Shown: positions 8,102-15,423, numbered from the stretch's first letter. The stretch is DNA of 32,000 nucleotides from Pyrobaculum calidifontis JCM 11548 (GCF_000015805.1 NC_009073.1:1080001-1112000); one strand, 5' to 3'. Translations and numbers: made by a program. Notes: generated by a model from the letters alone, not told the origin.

Positions 8102-8212
8102 TGGCGCCGCCGCCGGGAGTCTCAGGGGTTTCCCTTTTGAACCCGGGACTTCCGCGCCGTTGGCTCTACGGGTTAACAGCCCGCCGCTCTGACCGGGCTG
8201 AGCTACGGCGGC
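8102..8212 (-). tRNA. tRNA-Asn (anticodon GTT) with encoded CCA and two insertions (about 16 and 17 nt) at non-canonical intron positions
   Basis: The minus strand reads GCCGCCG TA GCTC AGCCCGGTCA GAGC G GCGGG CTGTTAA CCCGT [AG AGCCAACGGCGCGGAA GTC] CCGGG [TTCAAA AGGGAAACCCCTGAGAC T] CCCGG CGGCGGC G CCA. It has a perfect 7-bp acceptor stem, a 4-bp D stem, a 5-bp anticodon stem (one G-U) and a 5-bp T stem. The anticodon loop is CT-GTT-AA. The variable region is 21 nt and the T loop 24 nt, against the usual 5 and 7. Confidence 0.9.
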
Positions 8213-8232
8213 TGGGTTTGGGTATGTATGTG

Positions 8233-8240
8233 TTTTTAAA
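8233..8240. promoter_or_regulatory. shared central TATA-like box between tRNA-Asn (minus) and the HAD phosphatase gene (plus)
   Basis: TTTTTAAA at 8233-8240 is centred at 8236.5. The midpoint between the tRNA 5' end (8212) and GTG 8260 is 8236. Confidence 0.5.
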
Positions 8241-8259
8241 CTTTGAGCATCGGCTTGGC

Positions 8260-8946
8260 GTGGGGTGTAAGGTGCTTGTTGTAGACCTGGATGGGACTCT
8301 TACCCTGAGCCGTAACACCTATGAGTTGTCTGTGGAGGCTCTCTTGGCGCTGAGGAGGGCGCGTGACGCGGGGCTTCGGGTTGTGTTGGCTACGGCGAAC
8401 GGCCTGGACTTCGCCCTCACTGTGGCTAGGTATCTTGGGGTGAGGGACGTCATTGCAGAAAACGGCTGCCTTGTCCACGTCGATGGTGTGACTTATGAGC
8501 TGTGTAGTGGGGACATGTCTGCTGTGGATAGGGCGGTGTTGGCCACGGGGGCTGTTGAGCCGAGTCCTCAGAACAAGTGTAGGAAGTACGACTTGGCCTA
8601 TGTGCCCAAGGCGGCAAATGCCGTGGAGCTCGTGAGGGCGGCAGTTGGGCCGGGGTACGTGGTGGAGTCGAGTGGGTACGCCATCCATGTGAGGCCCGCC
8701 GGCGTTGACAAGGGCACCGCGGTGAGGTGGCTCTGCGAGAGGTTTGGGGTGCCTTGCCACCAAGTGGCGGCGGTGGGGGACAGCGACGTGGATGTGGGCA
8801 TGTTGGAGGTGGGGTGGGGCATCGCGGTGGGCAACGCCACGCCGGCCGCCAAGCGCGCGGCGAGGTACGTGGCGGAGGGCCCAAGCGGGCTGGGGTTTAA
8901 AGAGGCTGTGGAGTTGATCTTGTCGGGGGAGGCGTGTACGCCCTAG
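8260..8946 (+). CDS. HAD-superfamily phosphatase, Cof/archaeal phosphoglycolate phosphatase type (subclass IIB)
   Basis: Track ORF 8080..8946 is trimmed because its first 45 codons run across the tRNA gene. Motif I is VVDLDGTL and motif IV is GDSDVDVGML, with a C-terminal GNATPAAKRAA. Start candidates are GTG 8260 (preferred, about 24 nt from the TATA box), ATG 8224 and GTG 8272. Confidence 0.8.
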   Translation: MGCKVLVVDLDGTLTLSRNTYELSVEALLALRRARDAGLRVVLATANGLDFALTVARYLGVRDVIAENGCLVHVDGVTYELCSGDMSAVDRAVLATGAVEPSPQNKCRKYDLAYVPKAANAVELVRAAVGPGYVVESSGYAIHVRPAGVDKGTAVRWLCERFGVPCHQVAAVGDSDVDVGMLEVGWGIAVGNATPAAKRAARYVAEGPSGLGFKEAVELILSGEACTP

Positions 8947-8981
8947 TCGCCGTCATCGTTGGAACGCCGTGTTAGCGTCCT

Positions 8982-9803
8982 CTACCATATGTATATTTCA
9001 AAGCCGTCTAGGTTGCCTCTTCTAGGCGCCTTTGGCGCCTCGTCGGTGGGCGGCTGGAGGCCTAGACTTTTTAGCACGAGGCTGTTTAAAGTGCTGAGGG
9101 CCTTGTCGCCTATGTGTATGTAGTAGACCTCCTCTGCGGCTCTCCTCACGGCGTCTATGTCTACGCCTCTTCCGCATACAATGGCTGTGTCGAATTTTCC
9201 ATACTTATCGACGAGTTGGGACACCTCGCCCAGCGGCATTACCTCGAAGGAGTAGAAGCTCGCCGGGGCCAAGCCCTCCTCGACAGGGGCCGCGGCTAGT
9301 GGGAGTAGGGAGAGCCTGTCTATCTCGAGGGTTAGTAGATCTTCCCGCTCCTCTACTATCACCACGTCTCTCCCCGAGATGGACATGAGCTCGGAGGAGA
9401 AGCCGCAGGGGAACCACCCCGCGACGAGCGTCAGTCCGCCGTATCTCAGTAGCTCTTGCGCCGCGACGATTCTCAACGTCTGGAATATGGACGTGTAGAT
9501 GTACAAACTCTGCTTAAGCTCAGGAGTCAGCCTAGTAGCGGTTGCCCCAGAGGCGAGGTGTGGGACTACGAGCTGGTGTAGCACTACGCCTATGGCCTCA
9601 GACAGCGCGCTTTTCTCGCCTGTGGGAGGCCTCGCATCGGCTTTAACGTAGGCGTCTCCCCTCTTGGCTAATACGCCGAGTTCTGCCAGTAGCTCTAGGA
9701 GGGGCCTCAGCTTTGGGGAAGGCTTGAGCTCCTCGAATTCGAGGAGGAGGGCCACCAGTGGCGTATCTCTTACGCCCCGTAGAATGTCGCCGCGGGGTAT
9801 CAT
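8982..9803 (-). CDS. hypothetical protein with N-terminal wHTH-like region and degenerate Rossmann/methyltransferase-like core, translationally coupled to the small GTPase
   Basis: 273 codons. ATG 9803 overlaps the GTPase stop as ATGA (9800-9803). The N-terminal LRPLLELLAELGVLAKRGDAYV is winged-helix-like. The central GGLTLVAGWFPCG ... RDVVIVEERED ... FDTAIVCG resembles beta1-loop, beta2-acidic and beta4 of a class I MTase fold, but without a GxGxG SAM loop. No family recognised with confidence. Confidence 0.6.
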   Translation of the reverse strand: MIPRGDILRGVRDTPLVALLLEFEELKPSPKLRPLLELLAELGVLAKRGDAYVKADARPPTGEKSALSEAIGVVLHQLVVPHLASGATATRLTPELKQSLYIYTSIFQTLRIVAAQELLRYGGLTLVAGWFPCGFSSELMSISGRDVVIVEEREDLLTLEIDRLSLLPLAAAPVEEGLAPASFYSFEVMPLGEVSQLVDKYGKFDTAIVCGRGVDIDAVRRAAEEVYYIHIGDKALSTLNSLVLKSLGLQPPTDEAPKAPRRGNLDGFEIYIW

Positions 9804-10288
9804 GGCAGGACTTCCTCTACGGGCTTGTATAAGGCGGATATGTGGTCTTTTAGGGCCGATATGTAGTATATCTTCTGCGCACCTATTGCTGTGGCGATTT
9901 CGTCTCCTTCTATGAAGATGCCGAGCTCTTCGGCTAAGTCGCGCTTGTTTCCCACTAAGACGACGTTTTTGTAGGGCTGGATGCCTCTGTCGAGCAGGGC
10001 GCTGTGGATTTCGGCTATTGCGTAGAGCGTGGCTTGGTCAGTGAGGTCGTACATGTAGATCATGAGGTCCACATAGAAGGTCCACGTCCGTGCGAAGTTT
10101 CTCGCCACCTCCAGCGCAGCTTGGCCTGGCACGTCCACGAGGTCTATCTCTCTGTCGTTTAAGTAGAGCCTGTAGAGGCCTGGGCGCAGGGTAGTCCTCG
10201 GCCTCAGCGAGAGGCCCAACAGCCTGTATATATACGTGGTCTTGCCCACGCCGCCTACGCCGAGCACAGCCGCCGAGTACCTCTTCAT
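9800..10288 (-). CDS. Ras-superfamily small GTPase (single G domain, 162 aa)
   Basis: All five G motifs are seen in order. G1 is GVGGVGKT (P-loop), a switch-I Thr lies in RPRTTLRPG, G3 is DVPGQ (DxxGQ, Ras Q61-equivalent Gln retained), G4 is NKRD and G5 is ISALK (SAK-like). There are no extra domains. Confidence 0.85.
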   Translation of the reverse strand: MKRYSAAVLGVGGVGKTTYIYRLLGLSLRPRTTLRPGLYRLYLNDREIDLVDVPGQAALEVARNFARTWTFYVDLMIYMYDLTDQATLYAIAEIHSALLDRGIQPYKNVVLVGNKRDLAEELGIFIEGDEIATAIGAQKIYYISALKDHISALYKPVEEVLP

Positions 10289-10428
10289 ATATTCTCCAAC
10301 AAGCCAGCTATCCTCGACTCCAGTCTAGCCACCTCTGCCCTCAAGCGCCTCGCCCGTGTGCAAAAATCCCACTCCTCAGCACCGGCGATGCACTTCAACG
10401 TCTCAATGTCCTCTTTTGCAAGTGCCAC
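10285..10428 (-). CDS. candidate unannotated small ORF (47 codons, coiled-coil-like), absent from the ORF track
   Basis: The minus strand reads GTG(10428) GCA CTT GCA AAA GAG ... AAT ATA TGA, giving MALAKEDIETLKCIAGAEEWDFCTRARRLRAEVARLESRIAGLLENI*. Its TGA overlaps the GTPase ATG as ATGA (10285-10288), the same junction type used along this operon. An alternative TTG start at 10398 would avoid the 26-nt overlap with the upstream membrane ORF. Confidence 0.4.
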   Translation of the reverse strand: MALAKEDIETLKCIAGAEEWDFCTRARRLRAEVARLESRIAGLLENI

Positions 10429-10618
10429 GTATTACCACCAATGCGGAGGTATAAATAGCAAACCCGTATACAAGAACGGCGGCCACTAGCACGAGGTCGC
10501 CTAGAGTCAGCCCGTCCACGAGCCTCGCCCTGAGGAGCCTCAGAAGGGAGGACCCCAGCGCCAGTAGGGCCAGGAGAGCCGCGTAGGACCACAGCGTGTA
10601 GGCCAGTAGCCTCTTCAT
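10403..10618 (-). CDS. small two-helix membrane protein
   Basis: 71 codons. MKRLLAYTLWSYAALLALLALGSSLL ... LVLVAAVLVYGFAIYTSALVVI gives two hydrophobic helices. ATG 10618 overlaps the stop of the GT4 gene as ATGA (10615-10618). Confidence 0.55.
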   Translation of the reverse strand: MKRLLAYTLWSYAALLALLALGSSLLRLLRARLVDGLTLGDLVLVAAVLVYGFAIYTSALVVIRGTCKRGH

Positions 10619-11565
10619 ACCGGTAGCGAGTATGCACGTAGCATAAACGCCAGCGCCGCCGTTAGGAGGGAAGTGGTCAACACAGCCAGAGTCAGGGCCT
10701 TAAATATCTCATACTCCGACATGGCCCTCTCCGAGACTGCCAGCCTAACCAGAGAGACTATGGGGGAGGAGCAGTCTTGTTGCACCACCCCGCCCTCCAC
10801 CCTTGTGGGCCTCTGGATTTTCTCACGCCCCTTTATGCCGCCCGAGGAGAAGATTATCAACACGCCGTTTGTAATAAACGGGAGAGCCGCGAGCACTAGG
10901 TAGGCCACTAGGTCGTACACCACGGCTACCGTGGAAATGCTGGCGCCCAGGAAGTAGCTACCCACGTTACCGTTGAAGGTCTTGGCGGGGTACCTGTTGT
11001 AGACGTAGAGCGCCGCCGCGGCCGCTGCGTGGACTAACAACAGCATTACGGCGCCTAAGTCGCCTCTGACATACGCCACGGCGGCTAAGGCGAGGGCCAC
11101 CGCCACGTTTGCCATGGGCAAAAAGCCGTTTACTGGGTCCAACATGTTGAAGGCATTTGTCACCACCGGGATCGCCAGCACTGAAAACCAGCCGGTGGCG
11201 CCGTAGAACAGCCCCACCAGGGGGAGGGTGAGTCTCACCTCGCCAAGGGCCCTGGCCACCACAAGCGCCACGAGGAGCGGCACAAACACTCTCACGTACT
11301 CGCTGACCCCCCTCAAGTCGTCCCAGAGGCCCAACATGCCGATTATAAGCGCCGCGATGAAGACGAGCAGAGCCTCTGGGATCTGGGGGGCAAGCGCCAG
11401 GTAGCCCAGGGCGGCCCCCACCACTGCCATAAGCCCCCCCGCCTTCGGCACGCCGTCTATGCCCTTATAGACGTCGCGGGAGGTGATGCCCGCTGCCCTC
11501 TGGTATTTAACCCACCACCACCCAAAGGCCACGCCCCCAAAGAAGGCCAGGGCTATTTGCCACAT
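10615..11565 (-). CDS. glycosyltransferase family 4 polyprenyl-phosphate N-acetylhexosamine-1-phosphate transferase (MraY/WecA/AglH-like)
   Basis: 316 codons, polytopic. Has WDDLRG (the Mg/polyprenyl-P motif region) and NAFNMLDPVNG (the NxxNxxDGxxG-type motif). Confidence 0.85.
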   Translation of the reverse strand: MWQIALAFFGGVAFGWWWVKYQRAAGITSRDVYKGIDGVPKAGGLMAVVGAALGYLALAPQIPEALLVFIAALIIGMLGLWDDLRGVSEYVRVFVPLLVALVVARALGEVRLTLPLVGLFYGATGWFSVLAIPVVTNAFNMLDPVNGFLPMANVAVALALAAVAYVRGDLGAVMLLLVHAAAAAALYVYNRYPAKTFNGNVGSYFLGASISTVAVVYDLVAYLVLAALPFITNGVLIIFSSGGIKGREKIQRPTRVEGGVVQQDCSSPIVSLVRLAVSERAMSEYEIFKALTLAVLTTSLLTAALAFMLRAYSLPV

Positions 11566-12440
11566 AGCGCCTTTAGAAGTATGGGCAGTACGAGGGTCGC
11601 ATCGGCGTAGACGTACACGCTCTTAGCCGTGGGCTTGACCTTCCCCCAGCTCACCGCCTCCCTCGGCCGGGCGCCGCTTAGAGAGCCGTCGTATTCAACA
11701 GCCGTGGAGATGTAAACAACGTAGTCGAGGCCGCCCTTGAACTGTGCCCACCAAATTACGTGGTGTTTACTGATGCCCCCGCCGACGATGAGCGCGGCCA
11801 GCCTCTTGCCCCCGTGCACAATCTCCCTGAGGGCCTCCTCGTCCTTTAACACGTCTACCACAAGCCTCGCCCCGCCTCTCCTGACCCTCGCCAAGTCGTT
11901 GCAAGTGAGCAAGGCGGTCCCCACGGCGCCGTCGACGATGCCGGGGACAAAGACCTTTACCCCCGCCCTGGCCGCCGCGCCGAGTATGGAGTCCTCAGGG
12001 AGATCTCTCCCAAACTCCTCGGCCAGCTCGTAGGTGGCCAGCGACCTCCCCCACAGCCTTTCACACCTCTGAAGCACAAACTTCTCCACGTACGGGCCGT
12101 ACTCCTCTCTGCTAATCACCACGTTTCCAAGCCTGTGAAGCCCCTTCTCGGCCAGTTCGTAGTCGTCTAAGTCAAAGGAGCCGGGCCTGTAGGAGGCCCC
12201 CATGGCCTTGGCTATGTCGTGGTCTAAGGCGCCGGCGGTAGTGACGACCACGTTGAAGAGTCTCTCCCTCAGAGCCTCGGCTATAATCTCCCTAAGCCCC
12301 GTGGCCACTAGGTTGCCAGTGAAGGAGAAAAAACGCACGTCTGCCTCGCCCAGCGCCTCCTTTAGAACTTCGTAGGCTTGGGCGACGTGTAGCGCCTGAA
12401 AACCCCCTATCCTCTTGTACAACTCGACGACTTCCCTCAT
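11553..12440 (-). CDS. dys: deoxyhypusine synthase
   Basis: 295 codons. Contains FFSFTGNLVATGLRE, VVTTAGALDHD, GGGISKHH and EYDGSLSGARPREAVSWGK, all typical of DHS. ATG 12440 overlaps the upstream stop as ATGA. Confidence 0.9.
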   Translation of the reverse strand: MREVVELYKRIGGFQALHVAQAYEVLKEALGEADVRFFSFTGNLVATGLREIIAEALRERLFNVVVTTAGALDHDIAKAMGASYRPGSFDLDDYELAEKGLHRLGNVVISREEYGPYVEKFVLQRCERLWGRSLATYELAEEFGRDLPEDSILGAAARAGVKVFVPGIVDGAVGTALLTCNDLARVRRGGARLVVDVLKDEEALREIVHGGKRLAALIVGGGISKHHVIWWAQFKGGLDYVVYISTAVEYDGSLSGARPREAVSWGKVKPTAKSVYVYADATLVLPILLKALCGK

Positions 12441-13096
12441 TTAATTATCTTCACCTCATCAACAACGCCGAGCTTCCTCAACTCCTCCACGGCCTCTCTG
12501 ACGCGCCTAATCGTCACCCCGAGCTTTGCCGCGATTTCCTCAAGCGACCTGGACCCGTCCACTAGCTCGGCCACCTGCCTAAGCCACTTGTCCTCCAGGG
12601 CCACGGCTTTGCCGGGCATGGGCACCTCCTTCCCCGGCACCTTGTACAAGAACAGCTTGTGGCTCCTCCACTCCTCGTATATCTCCTCCACTACCACGGG
12701 CCGCCAGCCCGGCACCTCGAAGTCGTGGGAGACCACCCGCGTGGCGGGCCGGAGCTCCCTCTCCAACTTCGGCTTGAGCCTCTCGTTTACGCTGGTGAGG
12801 AGGTACATGGTGACCACATCTGCGTTTGACAAATCTACATCGAAGAAGCTCGCGTTTATTATAGTGGCTCTGTCGGCCAAGCCCAAGTCCTTGATCCTGG
12901 CCATTGACTGCTCGTAGAGGTCCTTCCTAATCTCCACGCCGAAGGCCCGCGCGCCGAACTCCTTCGCCGCCATTATGACAATTCTCCCGTCCCCAGACCC
13001 CAGGTCGTAGAGGATCTCGCCGGGCTGGACCCGGGCGAGCTGGAGCATCCTCCTGACCACCACCTCGGGCGTCGCCACGAAGGGCACGTCGTACAT
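12437..13096 (-). CDS. class I SAM-dependent methyltransferase resembling crenarchaeal protein-lysine methyltransferase aKMT, with a C-terminal HTH-like extension
   Basis: Track ORF 12437..13213 trimmed to ATG 13096 ([56 protein letters not shown]...). CTTATATAG (minus strand) lies about 25 nt upstream. The core (about 150 aa) matches what I remember of Sulfolobus aKMT (VPYVPTPEKVVRRML, VYDLGCGDGRI, AVGVEI, VVTMFLL, LKPKLEKEL.PGTRVVSH.F). The extra 67 aa end in [29 protein letters not shown]. Confidence 0.6.
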   Translation of the reverse strand: MYDVPFVATPEVVVRRMLQLARVQPGEILYDLGSGDGRIVIMAAKEFGARAFGVEIRKDLYEQSMARIKDLGLADRATIINASFFDVDLSNADVVTMYLLTSVNERLKPKLERELRPATRVVSHDFEVPGWRPVVVEEIYEEWRSHKLFLYKVPGKEVPMPGKAVALEDKWLRQVAELVDGSRSLEEIAAKLGVTIRRVREAVEELRKLGVVDEVKIIK

Positions 13097-13214
13097 GAAC
13101 CCCACAATGTCTGTACTATATAAGTTTACAAGAGGTAGGTCCCACATCCAGGGAGGGGGCTCTGCCACGGCGGCTCCATGTAAAAAGTTTATAAATAGTG
13201 TAGTTTCGCCCAAT

Positions 13215-13670
13215 GTGCCTCATAGGTCGCGTCACAAGAAGGGGCGCTCCAGCTCGGTGAGGCCTCCCCACCCCACAGTGCCAACTTGGATACAGTACAC
13301 GCCGGAGGAGGTGGAACAGCTCGCGGTGGAGCTCGCCAGACGCGGATTTCCCCCGTCGCAGATAGGCATAATTTTGAGAGACCAGTACGGGATACCCCTA
13401 GTAAAGCCCATCACTGGCAAAAAGCTCACGAAAATACTGGAGGAGCATGGGATAAAGCAGGAGTTGCCCGAGGACTTGCTCAACTTGATTAGGCGCGCTT
13501 TGAGAATTAGGAAACACCTAGAGGAGCACCCCAAGGACATGGCGTCTCGCAGAGGGTTGCAGCTAGTGGAGTCGAAGATACACCGCCTGATAAAGTATTA
13601 CAAGAGGGTGGGGAAGATCCCACAGGACTTTGTATACAACCCAGAGGCCCTCTCCCACTTAGCAACTTAA
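13215..13670 (+). CDS. rps15: 30S ribosomal protein S15 (uS15, S15P/S13e)
   Basis: GTG 13215 is in frame with track ORF 13095..13670 and gives [17 protein letters not shown]...[13 protein letters not shown]...[40 protein letters not shown] at 13188-13197 lies about 22-25 nt upstream. Confidence 0.9.
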   Translation: MPHRSRHKKGRSSSVRPPHPTVPTWIQYTPEEVEQLAVELARRGFPPSQIGIILRDQYGIPLVKPITGKKLTKILEEHGIKQELPEDLLNLIRRALRIRKHLEEHPKDMASRRGLQLVESKIHRLIKYYKRVGKIPQDFVYNPEALSHLAT

Positions 13671-13690
13671 ATTTTTGACCCATCTACCAC

Positions 13691-14755
13691 GTGGAGTCGT
13701 TTAAAAACTTCATAATCGACCACATAGACCGGGTCCTCGAGTACTTGAAGCAAAACCCCTTGACCATATTCGTCAGGAGGAGCGTCGACGCGTATATGGC
13801 CGCCTACGCGCTCGCCGCCGCCCTAGGTGAGACCACCCACGTGGCGGTGGCGGACTGGCCACCCCAGAGAGGCGTCTGCGTAGGGTTTAGGTGCGACGGG
13901 TTCTACATAGCCGAGGGCGAGGCGGGAGTAGACGACGCGAAGCTGGCCGTGGAGCCCACCTCCCTAAGCCACATGGTCTCACTCATAATCCTCTCCCTGT
14001 CCCCCCTCGAGCGGCACGTGCACAAGGCGCTGTACGTTGGACACTACTCGTGGAGCGTCGACGTCTGTGAGCGCAACTGCCAAGTGCCCAAGGAGCTCGC
14101 CGTGGGGGACGAGAGGCTCGCCGTGGTGTTTCCCGGCCTCAAGAGGGGAGTGAAGAGGGCGCTGTCCCTCTCCACGTTGCCCATCGTGCCCGGGGTATTT
14201 GGCAAAGCAGTGGAAGAGGACAAGCGGCTGGAGGTGATGACGCGGGACGAGGCCATATCGCTCCTCGACTGGGCCCTGGGCGCCGTGGCCGCAGAGGGCT
14301 TTCACACCGCGGTGTTAGACAAGGCCGTGAGGCCCTACTCGCCGACTCTCAACCCCGCCGACGTGGCGCAGAGAATTGAGGCAGACCTCGCCGGCTTTGT
14401 GGACAAAGACGTGGAGGACTACGCGCTCAACCTGGCCGAAGCCTTCTACAACGTCGTCAAGAGGGCCAGAGAGGGTGTGGTCACGCTCCGCAACCCCTTC
14501 TACCTCCACAAGATAGCCCCATACCTCTCCTACTTTGCCAAGTCCTCTCAATGGGCGGCGCTGAGATATGAAACCCCCAGCGGGTCTGTCGTGGCAGTGG
14601 TCCCACCGCACGGCCTCAAAGGCCGGCTGAAGGCTGTCGCGCCCCTCTTCGCCGAGGTGGGACAAGTCTTCGAATTCCCCACGCACCTCCTCCTCTACGT
14701 GGAGGCGGGGCGGTGGGGGGACTTCCTGAAGGCTTATGAGAAGGCTAAGGAGTAG
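13691..14755 (+). CDS. RecJ/Cdc45-like protein lacking DHH catalytic motifs (candidate crenarchaeal Cdc45/RecJdbh-type replisome subunit)
   Basis: 354 codons with a GTG start at 13691 and CTTAAATTTTTG about 24 nt upstream. The call rests mainly on its position immediately downstream of rps15, a neighbourhood reported as conserved for archaeal RecJ/Cdc45 homologs. Size and an N-terminal IFVRRSVDAYMAAYALAAAL segment reminiscent of DHH motif I also fit. No DHH or GGGH peptide occurs anywhere in the protein. Confidence 0.45.
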   Translation: MESFKNFIIDHIDRVLEYLKQNPLTIFVRRSVDAYMAAYALAAALGETTHVAVADWPPQRGVCVGFRCDGFYIAEGEAGVDDAKLAVEPTSLSHMVSLIILSLSPLERHVHKALYVGHYSWSVDVCERNCQVPKELAVGDERLAVVFPGLKRGVKRALSLSTLPIVPGVFGKAVEEDKRLEVMTRDEAISLLDWALGAVAAEGFHTAVLDKAVRPYSPTLNPADVAQRIEADLAGFVDKDVEDYALNLAEAFYNVVKRAREGVVTLRNPFYLHKIAPYLSYFAKSSQWAALRYETPSGSVVAVVPPHGLKGRLKAVAPLFAEVGQVFEFPTHLLLYVEAGRWGDFLKAYEKAKE

Positions 14756-14975
14756 GATCGAGACTCCGCTCTCCTGCGAGTACATAGAGGCGGTGAGGCC
14801 AGACGACGTGGAGTTGCCAAGGGGCATGGAGATTAGGCACCTCTGCGTCGACGGGAGGTGGCATATAGAAGTGGTATACGTAGTGGAGTCGCCGGAGGAC
14901 ATACTCACGTTGAAAAATACCTTGGACGACGTGGTGAGGGCCCTCCAGCTTGTGGAAAAGATTAATCTTCAGTGA
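14736..14975 (+). CDS. small protein, possibly KEOPS subunit Pcc1-like
   Basis: 79 codons. ATG 14736 overlaps the upstream gene by 20 nt. The beta-beta-beta-alpha-like pattern ends in EDILTLKNTLDDVVRALQLVEKI, which resembles the C-terminal helix of archaeal Pcc1 (..ALR.T.NS.LRW......V.E.). Assignment by pattern only. Confidence 0.4.
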   Translation: MRRLRSRIETPLSCEYIEAVRPDDVELPRGMEIRHLCVDGRWHIEVVYVVESPEDILTLKNTLDDVVRALQLVEKINLQ

Positions 14976-15423
14976 CCTTCCCCTCCGGTGGCGGGATATA
15001 CTTGCGTATGTCCTCGGCGTATTTTTCCAAGTTGTCTGCCACGTATATGGGCGCGTTTACTCTCACGGCGAGGGCGACGGCGTCGCTTGGCCGGGCGTCG
15101 AAGGTGTGTATTTTCCCCTCTCTGTCTTTTACATACACGGTGGCCGTATAGGTGCTCGCCACCAGCGCGTCTATGGTGACCTTCTCCACAGTGGCGCCGA
15201 GCGCCTCAAGGATCTCGGCGAGGAGGTCGTGGCTTAGCGGGCGGGGGAAGTCCACCTCGCCCAGCCCCTTTTTAATGGACAGAGTCTCCGCGGCGCCGAT
15301 CACAATGGGGAGGGCCTTGTCTCCCCACTCCTCTGCCCCCACTAACATGATGCCCGCCACTTGCCCAAAGGAGTCCACGGTCTCAACGACGTCGATGAGC
15401 TCAGCCTTTAAATACCTAGCCAT
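14962..15423 (-). CDS. bifunctional nuclease family protein (BFN/DUF151)
   Basis: 153 codons. Contains LPIVIGAAETLSI, PRPLSHDLL, ATVYVKD...FDARPSDAVALAVR..APIYV, the typical DUF151 core. GATTTTAAGC (minus strand) lies about 25 nt upstream of ATG 15423. Confidence 0.8.
   Translation of the reverse strand: MARYLKAELIDVVETVDSFGQVAGIMLVGAEEWGDKALPIVIGAAETLSIKKGLGEVDFPRPLSHDLLAEILEALGATVEKVTIDALVASTYTATVYVKDREGKIHTFDARPSDAVALAVRVNAPIYVADNLEKYAEDIRKYIPPPEGKVTED

Noticed and set aside
8080-8259. N-terminal 60 codons of track ORF 8080..8946 (MEIDNKNMAPPPGVSGVS...)
   Set aside because: This stretch runs straight across the well-formed tRNA-Asn gene and its promoter. The HAD motif I (DLDGTL) begins just after 8272, so the extension is spurious.
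14233-14239. Perfect GTGATGA C-box sequence inside the RecJ-like CDS
   Set aside because: There is no CTGA D box at sRNA-compatible distance downstream, and it lies in frame within coding sequence. It was judged a chance occurrence.
14315-14908. 197-aa minus-strand ORF opposite the RecJ-like and Pcc1-like genes
   Set aside because: It is antisense to two better-supported genes, has no TATA-like box at its start, and has an odd composition with no motifs.
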